Positions 23,728-34,947 of a stretch of DNA of 64,000 nucleotides are shown piece after piece. Under the pieces are notes generated by a model. It had not been told where the DNA came from. It searched no databases and saw only the letters and a list, made by a program, of their open reading frames with translations. The position numbers and the translations under genes were made by a program. Numbering within the stretch: position 1 is the stretch's first letter; each line of letters begins with the position of its first letter. The stretch comes from an uncultured Nitrososphaeraceae archaeon. GTDB lineage: Archaea; Thermoproteota; Nitrososphaeria; Nitrososphaerales; Nitrososphaeraceae. The stretch is taken from assembly GCA_963765895.1 (NCBI GenBank), contig CAVXZB010000084.1, positions 224,001 to 288,000 of the forward strand, given 5' to 3'.

Positions 23728-23846
23728 TGCACCGTTATTCTGAATAAATGATTAAAACTCCTTTGTAAATATCTTTTCACTAATGATGTAGTAAATAGTA
23801 AATAGTTAATAATAGATGACAAGTGTTTTGGCAGGTTGTCTAGAAT

Positions 23847-24467
23847 TTAACTCTCTACGAGAACTCTGCCTCCATCGAAAACCTGCTCATTCCTATCTGT
23901 GGATTTTGATCGGACATGGGGGATAGTTTGTGGCACGTCTGGTAGCCTCGCTTTTGCCTCGTCTTCCAAGAGATTTTCTACTTCGTCCAGTATCGAGAGT
24001 GCATCCACATCGACCTTCGTAGGAATGATATTTGAATCCACTTTGACTTTGGAATCAAGTAACACTTCCGACGTTACTGAAGCCATTTCGTTGAAGACTC
24101 CCTTTGCGGTAGGAACGACGTTCCAGATCTCATTCTGTATGTCTTTGATCGTTTCGATGGTTGGATTGATAGTTTCTAAAATTTTTGCAAATTCGTTAAT
24201 CGTACTAAAACGTAAGACGATGACTTCTAATGCTAAACACATATTCTGAGAAATACGATTGACATGATGAATATTTGATAGCTCGTTTGCCATGACTCTT
24301 GCATGGGCGTTATTGCCTTTCTTGAGGTTGCAAGCTATTTTATATCGGAAATCCTTATCAATAAGAGCAATTCTTTTATTAAGCATCTTCAGTTTTGTGA
24401 GCTGATTGCTGACTACAATCGTGGCATCCGTAAGATTACTCTTTATATGCTGTCGATGCTGTTCCAT
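23847..24467 (-). CDS. cdvB: ESCRT-III/Snf7-family CdvB paralog
   Basis: Helical Snf7-like core (ARVMANELSNI, LALE..LRFSTI), acidic helix and C-terminal RLPDVP. Confidence 0.72.
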   Translation of the reverse strand: MEQHRQHIKSNLTDATIVVSNQLTKLKMLNKRIALIDKDFRYKIACNLKKGNNAHARVMANELSNIHHVNRISQNMCLALEVIVLRFSTINEFAKILETINPTIETIKDIQNEIWNVVPTAKGVFNEMASVTSEVLLDSKVKVDSNIIPTKVDVDALSILDEVENLLEDEAKARLPDVPQTIPHVRSKSTDRNEQVFDGGRVLVES

Positions 24468-24931
24468 TGGTATTAGTCCTCCACCGAAAAAAAAGATTAA
24501 GAGCTAGTGTTAAGTCGAATGTACAAGCAGCTGTGATAAAGCTAAGCTACTAATATAATGGTTGAAAGAAAAAATTAGGACTTATTCAAGATCATCTATT
24601 GCAGTTATGTCGTTGGTGCATAAGCATATTCCCATAGTAATTTGGTCGATTGACATTCATCTTATAGCCATGCTAGATTTTTTGTTGGGGGCAACGATTT
24701 GATTAATGATCAGACAATGCCACCGTTATCAAGATCTATATATTAATAATAAGCACAGTTACAACGGAATTGGATGCTACAAATGGAATTGAGGTGAATA
24801 ACTAGTCATAAAATCTGACGATTGATACCTCAGAACATTACCTTATGTGAATAACCACTTCCTGCACGATTGTTCTCTTGTGATTTTAAATGCTCTATTC
24901 AAGTACTTTGTGCGATGTCACAAATCTGCAT

Positions 24932-25342
24932 CTATAAGATCAACCGACTAAAGGCTGGAAGAAGATAGAAATTTAGTGAATAATCTCCTATCTGATAGAC
25001 TCCGTTTGCCAAATCTGTGCTACCTGTTTCTATCTCCTTAAACATAACCGTAAAGGATGGTTGTAGTGTAGCAATGACTGCTGATGCACCAACAAATTCC
25101 GCGACTTCTGTAAGCCGTCTTATTTCATAACCCTTTATCCTTGGTATAAGATTACTAGATTTTATCTGAATCAGCCATTTGATCGGATCACGGATTGCAA
25201 CGATGTCAGCTGGCCCTCTGCTGCCTTTGGATATGTTCAATTTCCAGCCTTTTGCTTTAAGAAAAACGGCTACTATAAATTCTGCCTCTCTACCAAACCG
25301 ATAGCTGCAAAATTTTTCGAAGCTCTTTTCTCCTCTGATCAT
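24932..25342 (-). CDS. Hjc-like PD-(D/E)XK nuclease
   Basis: GREAE...GW, GSRGPADIVA, LIQIKS. Confidence 0.7.
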   Translation of the reverse strand: MIRGEKSFEKFCSYRFGREAEFIVAVFLKAKGWKLNISKGSRGPADIVAIRDPIKWLIQIKSSNLIPRIKGYEIRRLTEVAEFVGASAVIATLQPSFTVMFKEIETGSTDLANGVYQIGDYSLNFYLLPAFSRLIL

Positions 25343-25618
25343 TAGATGTATACACTAATTCCATACAGATACCCGTATTTGTCCATCAAGTTTGCGTATT
25401 CTATTATTTTATTGCTTTTCTTTGTATTCCCTTACCTATATCATTAGACTCGATCTAAAGGGCCTAATCTGTGACATTTTAATGAAATTTAGTAAAATAG
25501 GATGATATCTTTCTTTTCCTCTCTTCCATCTCTTAACATACCTAGCCTAAGTCTCGTTCACGCAATCTGGTTATTAATACAAATTAGCCAAGAATACGTA
25601 TAAAGATGAAATTTCGAT

Positions 25619-26401
25619 ATGCTGCTGTCCGCCAAATTAAGCCAAGTAATATCTGATGTGGTAAATGCCTCAATGAGGGACAGAGGTCCCATCGCTGTAG
25701 CCTTTTCAGGAGGGATAGATAGCTCATTACTCGCTACTGTATGTAAAAAAAATGGAGTATCTGTGACCCTGTTGACAATCGGCTTTCCGCAGTCACATGA
25801 TGTTTGCTTCTCCCAGCAAATTGCTTCGAAACTCAACCTAGATCATAGGATCAATCTGCTAGAAGAAAATGACTTTTATGAAAATCTAGGGAAAGTGATA
25901 AAAAAAGTGGATTGCGAAAATATCTCGCATATAGAAAACTGTATTGCTTTTTTTTATATTGCTAAATTTGCTCAAGAAATGGGCTTCAAAACCGTATTGT
26001 CTGCGAACGGATGCGACGAGCTTTTTTGTGGCTACGACATTTATAGAGCAACGTTTGACAAAGGTAGAACCCGATTAATGCAATTAATGGAAGAAAAGAT
26101 CTTAAACGAGTTTAGGCTAATCCATGAAATAGACATAACGGTAAACGATTTTGGAGTTAAGATCAGTCAGCCTTTTCTGTCTAATAAGATCATAGCGTTT
26201 TCTCGAGACATTCCTATTGAAGAAAAAATACGTGGGTCTGATGACTATCTCAGGAAACGAATATTAAGAAAGGTAGCACGGCTACTGAATGTTCCAAAAG
26301 AATCTACCATCAAGCCGAAGAAAGCGATGCAATATGGAACGAAAATACATAAGAAAGTCAGAAAATATCTTGATATTATGGTTACGGAACAATATCCTTA
26401 A
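25619..26401 (+). CDS. Asparagine synthase C-terminal-domain (PP-loop) protein lacking a glutaminase domain
   Basis: AFSGGIDSS, ANGCDELFCGY, KRILR, KKAMQYGT. Confidence 0.85.
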   Translation: MLLSAKLSQVISDVVNASMRDRGPIAVAFSGGIDSSLLATVCKKNGVSVTLLTIGFPQSHDVCFSQQIASKLNLDHRINLLEENDFYENLGKVIKKVDCENISHIENCIAFFYIAKFAQEMGFKTVLSANGCDELFCGYDIYRATFDKGRTRLMQLMEEKILNEFRLIHEIDITVNDFGVKISQPFLSNKIIAFSRDIPIEEKIRGSDDYLRKRILRKVARLLNVPKESTIKPKKAMQYGTKIHKKVRKYLDIMVTEQYP

Positions 26402-27246
26402 ATTGCTATTCTGTTTCTAGCTTAGATATCAATGATTGTCTTGTATGGGGGTTGCTAGGAAATCCTCCTTAAAGCTAAATAGGATCAGCCAGGAATTCAA
26501 AGAAGCATCATCTACAAATTGCAGTTTTTAGTACTTCTAACACGATTCAGTAAAATCTCATTCAGAAATAGACTCCTAACGATTATCATTTCTTAATATT
26601 AGTAGTTACTTAGAACATAATCAGAGTTACCTAGATTATTCTAAGGTATTACTGGACAATATTATAACTAAACTAAAGGTGTATCCAAACCGCTTCAATT
26701 ACGAATATATCGCATTCTCAATTCGTAATTGACAAAATTTGTGCGCTAGCCAGACTCAATATATGTCGAATAAGGGCGTTATGATACAGAAAGGCCACCA
26801 TTACTGATCTGGGCAAACAATAGGTAGTAGAATTATTTGTCCATAACCAAGTCTAGTCATTCGTAGTTGAATAATATCCAGTTTTTACTTAACTGCTCTA
26901 ATCAATCTTAGAGAGATATTTCAATCAGGACATCTGATCTTAAAAAAACAGATGATTAAACAAGATGAAAATGACATTCTAATTCTGTGTTTGTGGAAGT
27001 GAAATAAGTCATCCCTAAATTTGAGTTGAAGCATTTGATTTAGAATCAAATAATATAATGTAAAAAAATGTCAGTTGCTAAATATATCCTGAAAAAGAAC
27101 AGGACCGGATGCGATCTCCAAAATAGGTTTGCCACCGGCAAAGCATCAGCTTGACGAACAATCCATTATGTATTGCTTCTCTTAGTATATTTGTAACAAC
27201 TGCTAGGCAAGATTATATATGATCGATCTAAATACGATAATCACTT

Positions 27247-27341
27247 GCCGTCGTAGCTCAGCCCGGGAGAGCACTCGACCTTAGATTATAGGGGTGAAGC
27301 TGAAGACCGAGCTGTCGTGAGCTCAAATCTCACCGACGGCA
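27247..27341 (+). tRNA. tRNA-Phe(GAA) with a 21-nt non-canonical intron at 30/31 (27278-27298)
   Basis: GCCGTCG/CGACGGC acceptor stem; intron removal gives CTCGG-CTGAAGA-CCGAG; BHB-like helix CACT/GGTG. Confidence 0.9.
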
Positions 27342-27677
27342 TGTTAATTGAGTCATATTCAAACGATACGGTAAAAAATGAGGTACTCATAAACAATATT
27401 GAATGAAAGTTGACATAGTAAGACGGCTCTTCTGTAAACACCCGGACAGCTTTTCCTTCAGGACGTACAATGACTTTGATTTTAATGAATATAGTAAATG
27501 TTCTCATTGTGGAAAAGTATTGAGGTTTTTGAGCGGATTTGAAGAGGATATTAGGGGATAAAAATTGAGGAAAAGTATAAGATTTTATATAATAGAACAT
27601 GAATATGGGAAAGTTGTGTTTCTACCAAAGACTTAAATTACTTATATGACAGGGCTAGATATGACGAGCCCGGACAT

Positions 27678-29147
27678 CTAAACATCAGCATACATTGAAA
27701 ATTCGTGCGGATGTGGTCTAATTGCCACTTCATTATGATCTTTAATTTCATTCTCAATTAGCATATCGATTGCATCATCGCCGAAGACAGGTTTCAGAAA
27801 TAATCTATCATTTTCTAATTCTTCATAGGCATCTCTTAGACTTGCAGGAAGTTGTTTGATCCCGAACTCCCTTCTCTTTTTTGCCGTCATTTTAAAGATA
27901 TCTTCGTCAACGGGGGAACCTATTGGAGTTTTTTTCCGAATACCATCTAGTCCTGCAGCAACAATTGCAGAGAACGCCAAGTAGGGATTGCACGATGGGT
28001 CTGGAGCTCTGAATTCAATTCGTTTCATTTTTGAAAATTTCTGACCCTTGTAATGGGCAGGGATCCTGATTATCGCAGATCTATTACCAGTACTCCATGC
28101 TATATACACTGGTGCTTCGTACCCGGGGACAAGTCTTCTATAGGAATTTGTAGTCGGGGCCACTATAGCTGCAAGAGCATAAGCATGATCCAGTATCCCC
28201 CCTCCGAAATAACGCGCTACTTCAGATAATTCAGCATATTCATCATCAGAGTCAAAGAAGAGATTTGTTCCATTGTTCCACAGGCTTACATTAACATGCA
28301 TCCCCGACCCATTGTCAAGCGCAATTGGTTTTGGCATCATAGTAGCTATCATATTATGTTTCTTAGCTATATTTTTGACTATGTACCTTGTAGACTCTGG
28401 ACTGCATCGGCTGCGTTAGTGAGTGTATCGTATCTAATATCGATTTCGCATTGTCCAGCTGTTGCAACTTCGTGATGATGGGCATCACAAATTATTCCGA
28501 AATTGTTACTTAAAATGTCAACACACTCATTACGATAATCCATCAAAGTATCTCCTGGAGCACTAGGGAGATATCCTTCCTTTAGCCTTAATGCATAACC
28601 TACGCCTTCAGTAGACCATGGCGCTTCTCTAGAAGTTATGTTATAGCTCTGACTATGATATGGAGTCATAGTGTTCACCTCTAGTTTATCAAAGACAAAA
28701 AATTCGACCTCTGGTCCCCAGTATGAAGAATTATAGCCCTGATCTCTTACGTACCTTCTCTGCTTTCATAGCAATTGATCTCGGATCCCGACTGAATGCG
28801 AGCCTCTCGGATCCGCCAACTAGGATATCGCAGATTAATCTTGCTGTATAATCTTTTTCGATCCATGGAATCACGGCATATGTTGATGCATCAGGTTTAA
28901 TGATCAAGTCTGATTCATGAATCTCGGTAAATCCGCGAATAGATGAGCCATCAAGTTTCGGAAGTCCAAATTCAAAATCTTCTTTTTGAAACATATTAGA
29001 TGCCATGGTAGTATGGTGGAATCTACCAGTAAGTCCAGTAAACTGCAAGTCCAAAAACTTGATTCGATCATCTTTAAGCCTCTGCATCACATCAGCAGAT
29101 GTAAAATTTGATCGTTCTATCTTACCGTTATTGACTCTATATGGCAA
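27678..29147 (-). CDS. glnA: Glutamine synthetase type I; two +1 frameshifts (~28753, ~28385)
   Basis: LDGSSIRGF, WGPEVEFF, HHHEVATAGQCEI, GSGMH, NSYRRLVPGYEAP, IEFRAPDP; three ORFs rejoin. Confidence 0.95.
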
Positions 29148-29433
29148 CCGCGATATCTTATGATAGGGAATCTGTACTTATAATTAAGCTTTCGATAAAT
29201 AATAATGACCGTTTGATTTGGAATCTATAATGTGGAAAGTGTCATATTATACCTAACCATACCTTTTTGTACTTTATGCAGGATTGCAATCGAGAAATAT
29301 CCCATTCTTGATTGTTACGATCAATATTGGTGTTACTGTTACTGTCAAATGAGTACGATGATGAATTTGAGCTGAAATGACAGGCAGTAGGTCTAACATG
29401 ATAATGCAACTTCGACTGACAGCTAACCAAAAT

Positions 29434-29643
29434 TTAAGAATAGTCATTAAAAATGCTACTTAAATATGAGACTAATTCGTCTCTGAGTTTAATTACTCCT
29501 ACTCGCTTCTCCCCATCGAGATCAGTAAGTAACAAGGTGTCCAAGCCTTCTATAATATATTTTATGTTTGAAAGTGTTAGTAGCTTATTTTCAGGATAAT
29601 CTGCTTGTTTCTCGTCGCTCATTGCTATAGGATTGTTACACAT
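29434..29643 (-). CDS. Small hypothetical protein
   Basis: Short helical ORF; probable start at the second Met. Confidence 0.4.
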   Translation of the reverse strand: MCNNPIAMSDEKQADYPENKLLTLSNIKYIIEGLDTLLLTDLDGEKRVGVIKLRDELVSYLSSIFNDYS

Positions 29644-29915
29644 ATTATATAAGATAAATATCTCTCATAAGATGGATTTCCGATTTTGAAAACCCTGGAC
29701 ATAAGCATTAAGTATTATTATTATCTTAAAGTTTGAATATATAATTGGGAAATATCAGTCGTAACTTGCTTTGTATAAATACTCCTCAACTGCAAAGAGG
29801 CCATGTCATGTTAGATAACAATGTCTGATAAATTTCTAACCTGGTAGCCAATGTTATTAAGGGTTCATTCCATTTATTGACATTGTGAAGTTTGTTATCG
29901 ATATGATAATAATTC

Positions 29916-31463
29916 TCATTGAGGTTCTATGGTTGAAGGAGGTTTAGATGATACGGCGTATGTAACCCAGGTAACTCCATCTATTTCATTTGTTATTCTA
30001 TTACTAATATCACGGATTAAATCGTAGGACAATCTGGTCCAATTTGCAGTCATTGCATCGGTTGAGTCAACAACCCTGATTATTACGATATGACCATACA
30101 TACGCTCATCCCCCAGCACTCCTACTGCCATATCATCACCCACGGCAGCGTATGCTTGCCAGACCTTATCATATAATCCGGCATACATAAGCTCGTCTTC
30201 AATTATTTTACTAGCATGTTTTGCAATCTTCACCTTCTCGAGGGTAACCTCCCCGATTATTCTGACAGCTAGCCCTGGTCCAGGAAAGGGATGTCGGTTT
30301 AGCAAAATTGCTGGAACATCTAGTAATTTCGCGACTCTTCTTACCTCGTCTTTATAAAGGTTACTTAGTGGTTCTATTATCTTGAAGTTAAGGTCTTTTG
30401 GTAGGCCTCCGACATTGTGATGAGTTTTTATTACAGAGGCTGGCCCCTTAGAAACTCCGCTCTCAATTCTGTCAGGATACAAAGTTCCTTGAGCTAGCCA
30501 TTGGAATGGCCCGTCTCTTAGTGCAACCTGGAGAAATGAGTTCGCGAATTCGCTGCCGATAATCTTGCGTTTCTGTTCTGGGTCGGATATGCCTTTAAGC
30601 TTTCCCAAAAATACTTCTTCGGCATCTACGCAGATTATATCTATTCCAAAATGGTCTTTGAACAGCTTGGGAACTTGATTTTGCTCGTCTTCCCTTAATA
30701 GACCATGATTGACAAATACACATCTAAGATTACTGCCTATCGCTTTATGTAGTAGTATTGCGACAGTAGTAGAATCGATTCCACCGCTTACTGCACACAA
30801 TACCCTTTCATTCCTAACCCTGAATCGGATATCACGAATAGTCTTCTCTACAAAACCTTCCATACTCCATTCTGCTCTAGCGTTACTAATTCTATGTGAA
30901 AAGTTCCTGAGTATTTCTATTCCCTTCTCAGTATGAACGACCTCCGGATGAAATTGGATACCATAGATTTTTTTCCCTTTATTTACAACTGCAGCAGATG
31001 GCGAATTCTGGGTATGCGCAAGTGTTCTAAAACCATCCGGGAGCACTTCGGCAGCATCAGCGTGACTCATCCAACATCTGATCTTATTTCCCACTCTGTC
31101 GAAAAGATCACAAGCGTCATCGACAATCAATTCAGCACTTCCGTACTCTCGATAATCTGAACGCTTGACTTTTCCCCCAAATCTGTCTATTATTAATTGA
31201 TGACCGTAACATATCCCGAGAATCGGAACTCCTATTTCAAAGATCTGTTTATCAGGCATTGGAGAATTTGGTGCATATATGCTTGCCGGACCACCTGAAA
31301 AAATTATGCCCTTTGGATTAATTTCATGAATTGCTTTCACAGGAGTATTGTAGGGGAACAACTCGCAATATACATTCGTCTCACGAATGCGTCTGCATAT
31401 AAGATGACTATACTGCGACCCAAAATCCAATACTACAATTTTATCTATATTATTATCAACCAC
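29916..31463 (-). CDS. guaA: GMP synthase (fused glutaminase and ATPPase domains)
   Basis: LDFGSQY, GICYG, QFHPEV, SGGIDS, QGTLYPD, IKTHHNV, SKPPSTIE. Confidence 0.97.
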   Translation of the reverse strand: MVDNNIDKIVVLDFGSQYSHLICRRIRETNVYCELFPYNTPVKAIHEINPKGIIFSGGPASIYAPNSPMPDKQIFEIGVPILGICYGHQLIIDRFGGKVKRSDYREYGSAELIVDDACDLFDRVGNKIRCWMSHADAAEVLPDGFRTLAHTQNSPSAAVVNKGKKIYGIQFHPEVVHTEKGIEILRNFSHRISNARAEWSMEGFVEKTIRDIRFRVRNERVLCAVSGGIDSTTVAILLHKAIGSNLRCVFVNHGLLREDEQNQVPKLFKDHFGIDIICVDAEEVFLGKLKGISDPEQKRKIIGSEFANSFLQVALRDGPFQWLAQGTLYPDRIESGVSKGPASVIKTHHNVGGLPKDLNFKIIEPLSNLYKDEVRRVAKLLDVPAILLNRHPFPGPGLAVRIIGEVTLEKVKIAKHASKIIEDELMYAGLYDKVWQAYAAVGDDMAVGVLGDERMYGHIVIIRVVDSTDAMTANWTRLSYDLIRDISNRITNEIDGVTWVTYAVSSKPPSTIEPQ

Positions 31464-32137
31464 TTTTTTCTATCATCCTAGTAAAAACCCAGCTTGATGT
31501 GTTAAAAATTTCGTTCAACCGCTCTTTCTCTCGATAATTACTGATTTTAATTCTTTTTATTATACCATCATCATCTTCTTCGACCTGGTAGTGCAGTAAA
31601 TCAGAGTCTTTGATTCGTCCTTGGTTTACCGCTTCTTCATCCTTCATCTTCATCCCCTCCAAGATTCTATTCAAAAAGAACGATTTAAACGGGGGAGTAT
31701 TCACGTTTAGGATAATTCCCTTCGTGGGAACAATTTCCACTGAGCCTGGATATATTTCTGCATTTGCTAAGAGCAGACTGTCTTTAAAGCGAATAAGTGG
31801 CTTGATCATTTTTGATTCCGTATTCTGTTCGTTCATTTGCTCACGGAGTTCTGGTGAATTGCTGCTAATTTTAATACCATCGTTTGCACCTCCGCTCTTA
31901 ACTGATAGCGTCGTTTTCGGTGGTACAAGGTCTACATTGCCTGCCGAGGGGGATAATGTAATCGAAGAGTCAAGATTAGAAGCAGGTTTGAAGCTTCCTT
32001 GTTTTAACAAGCTATCAATAAGCAAAAGTGTTGTACGCAACCTTTCAATTTCTTCCTGTTTATCAGCTCAGCTGTTTTACAAGCCATTCCCGAATTTCCG
32101 CTGCTTGTCTGATATCATTGTCTGAGTAGGCAGTCAT
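31456..32137 (-). CDS. Hypothetical protein; +1 frameshift at ~32069
   Basis: ATG at 32137 (MTAYSDNDIRQAAEIREWL) joins ORF 31456-32040 after removing one base between tandem AGCT sites. Confidence 0.7.
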
Positions 32138-32323
32138 GTTATAGATACTTGTGAAATAAAAAGGTATAATAGGTTTTCATATAGTACATGGTTAAGAGTT
32201 ATGTAAACATCTTAATCACATATTATATTTTTCTAAATTAGGACTGAGATCATACAGTTGATATAGAGCAATTCATTTAAAGCCAACGTTGCGTATTGTT
32301 GATAATCGGCAATCGTCCGTACA

Positions 32324-33055
32324 TTATAGACCTTCGATCATATAAGATGAATATCCCTTGATGGGTCGTTTTGATGTATCAAATAATCTCGAACTTGATC
32401 GCTTCGATAACATCTCAAGCAGCTTCCTTGCGACTTTCATCTTTTTGACTTTTAACTTGGGATCTTTTATGAAATCCTTTGAATATCTCCCTATTTCTCT
32501 ACCAAAATCCATTCCGACTAAGATAATCTCACTAGCTCCAAATTCTTCCGCCAAGAACACACACCGATCACCGTCGGTAAATCCTCCAAAATTATAGACA
32601 TTTTTTACTGGCATCATTTGAGTTGAACCTATCACGTGTTTAAATTTCGGTATGATCTTCTTTAGTCTATCAATATTATCACTATGCGCATGTACCACCA
32701 TGATAGCACCAATTCGTTCTGCCTCATATAAGGACGATAGATTGCCGTCCAAATCAGTAACTACAATATCAGGTTTGATTTTTTTTTCTATTAAAGCTTG
32801 GACTGCGCCATTAGCAACAATCTTAACGGATTTCTTATTTTTTTTTAAAAAAGCCGTACTATTTTCAAGACTCTTACCTGCTCCTATGACGATGATTTGT
32901 TTACCCTCAATTTTCCTGTGCAATATCTTGATATTAAGCGCCTTTCTTCTGATTAATTTAGATAATACTTCAGCCGCTTGCTGATCCGTCTCAGGACCGT
33001 ATCCAAACTCTCTTCTAATATCCTGATAGTACGGAAACCAGTCCACAAATTTCAT
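32324..33055 (-). CDS. mptE: 6-hydroxymethyl-7,8-dihydropterin pyrophosphokinase MptE
   Basis: VVTDLDG, VHAHSDN, NFGGFTDGDR, LVGMDFG. Confidence 0.88.
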   Translation of the reverse strand: MKFVDWFPYYQDIRREFGYGPETDQQAAEVLSKLIRRKALNIKILHRKIEGKQIIVIGAGKSLENSTAFLKKNKKSVKIVANGAVQALIEKKIKPDIVVTDLDGNLSSLYEAERIGAIMVVHAHSDNIDRLKKIIPKFKHVIGSTQMMPVKNVYNFGGFTDGDRCVFLAEEFGASEIILVGMDFGREIGRYSKDFIKDPKLKVKKMKVARKLLEMLSKRSSSRLFDTSKRPIKGYSSYMIEGL

Positions 33056-33088
33056 ATCTAAAATGCATGTAAGTTATTAATAGGTTAT

Positions 33089-33244
33089 ATGTCGAGATAT
33101 TTACTATTGACTAGAAGAACGATATATGGAAAGTGTCCAAACTGCAGAACGAAGAGTCAGCTTGAGGTAGTCTCAGGTAATGCAGGCAGAGAAAAATTCA
33201 AATGCAACCAATGTTATCACAAGTTCGGCATGGATCAACTGTGA
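33089..33244 (+). CDS. Small zinc-ribbon protein (51 aa; below the ORF-track cutoff)
   Basis: MSRYLLLTRRTIYGKCPNCRTKSQLEVVSGNAGREKFKCNQCYHKFGMDQL; two CxxC motifs. Confidence 0.6.
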   Translation: MSRYLLLTRRTIYGKCPNCRTKSQLEVVSGNAGREKFKCNQCYHKFGMDQL

Positions 33245-33425
33245 TATTTTAGAGTATCAAACGTTCCGAATATCATAATGCGTAGATAACTGATAAATGT
33301 GGAGCGTGGAGGTCAGAATAATCTATGGATTGGCCTCAACACAGTAAACCTTGACTGGAGAAATTATCCTAGTTATGCCTGCTGATTGTGTAACGATTAT
33401 AATATTCGAATAGATTAGATTCCGT

Positions 33426-34037
33426 ATGGATAAGGGTAATGAATCTATGGCTGTAATCGTACCTGGCGAACACATTGCAATGATAGAGGAATTTGAAAGT
33501 GGAAAAAATACCTATGTTCTAGATGGAGATATCAGGGCAGCGACCGTTGGAATACCATTATATGATCTTAAAAGACACATAGTAAAAATTAAGCAAAAAA
33601 ATTCTCCCATATTAGCCAAGATTGGAGATATAGTGGTTGGCTATGTTGAAATGCTCTTTGGTAATATGATGTCAATAAGAATACTTTACTTAAACGAAAA
33701 GAAATCACTTGCTGGTTTCTCAGCAATTGCATCAACAAGGATAGCTTCTGGGGGTAGTGGTTGGTCCCGGGGAGATCGTAGGGGTAGAGTCATCTTCAGA
33801 GTTGGCGACGTTGTAAGAGGACGAGTTTTTAGTCTTCTCAATTCAACCATTCACATCACAATTGATGAACGCGAATACGGAGTACTGTACACTTTGTGTT
33901 TTAATTGTGGTGGAGAGACTGTTCGAATAAATAATAGCATAAAATGCATAGAATGTGGAGCACAAGAAGAGAGAAAATTGACCAATGATTATGGTAAGGA
34001 AGCATTTCGATTGATTTACAAAACAAGCGTCAAATAG
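33426..34037 (+). CDS. csl4: Exosome RNA-binding subunit Csl4
   Basis: VPGEHIA..EEF, S1 domain, C-terminal CFNC/CIEC..EERK Zn ribbon. Confidence 0.93.
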   Translation: MDKGNESMAVIVPGEHIAMIEEFESGKNTYVLDGDIRAATVGIPLYDLKRHIVKIKQKNSPILAKIGDIVVGYVEMLFGNMMSIRILYLNEKKSLAGFSAIASTRIASGGSGWSRGDRRGRVIFRVGDVVRGRVFSLLNSTIHITIDEREYGVLYTLCFNCGGETVRINNSIKCIECGAQEERKLTNDYGKEAFRLIYKTSVK

Positions 34038-34041
34038 AATC

Positions 34042-34863
34042 ATGAAACAAAAAGTTGCGTTTCAAGGAGAGAGCGGTGCATATAGCGAAATTGTAACAAT
34101 GAAGTATTTTCCTGATGAAGAAATAATACCCATGAAAACTTTTCATGATATATTTAGGGATCTCGAATTCGGTGAGGTGGATTTCGCAATAATTCCTATT
34201 GAAAATTCTATAGAAGGAAGTGTCAATGAAGCGTACGACTTACTTCTGAGATCAAATTTAGGAGTATATGGCGAAATACATCAGCGCATATCCCACTGTC
34301 TTATTATTAATCAGAATTCAGATTTAGCTATCAAATCTGTATATTCACATCCTCAAGCATTAGCTCAATGTAGAAGATATATTCAACAAAGGAGGTTGGA
34401 GTCAATCCCAACTTATGACACGGCTGGCGCTGTGAGGCTAATCAAGGATAATAGAATTATGGATGCAGGGGCGATAGCTAGTGAAAGGGCAGCCAAATTA
34501 TACGATATGAAAATCATCGATCATGGCATTGAAGATGAGAAAAGCAATTATACAAGATTTTTTGTATTATCAAAAAAACAGATTAGTACGCAGCCTACAG
34601 GCCATGATGCTACATCTATTATCTTTTCTATAAATCATCTACCTGGAGCATTATTTAGCATTCTGGCTGAATTTGCAAAGAGGAATATCAACCTTACAAG
34701 AATCGAATCCCGTCCGACTAAGGAAATGCCTTGGGAATACAATTTTTATGTGGATATTGAGGGCCATTCAAGCAATGGATCCATTCGCGAGGCACTAGGC
34801 TTGATTGAAAAGAAAACCAACTTTTTCAAGATATTAGGTTCATATAAGATAGAATTCTATTAA
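34042..34863 (+). CDS. pheA: Prephenate dehydratase
   Basis: AFQGESGAYSE, PIENSIEGSV, SHPQALAQC, NYTRF, ACT domain IESRP. Confidence 0.95.
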   Translation: MKQKVAFQGESGAYSEIVTMKYFPDEEIIPMKTFHDIFRDLEFGEVDFAIIPIENSIEGSVNEAYDLLLRSNLGVYGEIHQRISHCLIINQNSDLAIKSVYSHPQALAQCRRYIQQRRLESIPTYDTAGAVRLIKDNRIMDAGAIASERAAKLYDMKIIDHGIEDEKSNYTRFFVLSKKQISTQPTGHDATSIIFSINHLPGALFSILAEFAKRNINLTRIESRPTKEMPWEYNFYVDIEGHSSNGSIREALGLIEKKTNFFKILGSYKIEFY

Positions 34864-34947
34864 ATTTTCTCGAATAAATTCTGCGAATGCCTTTAATTTT
34901 GGATTAAGAACCAACATATTTGTCAATCGTGCTTTGTGTTTTACTTT

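Noticed and set aside
14573-29147. Programmed frameshifting or true inactivation of the nitrogen genes amt and glnA
   Set aside because: There are no slippery heptamers, and the same GTAC-linked +1 occurs in unrelated genes, so a sequencing artefact is more parsimonious.
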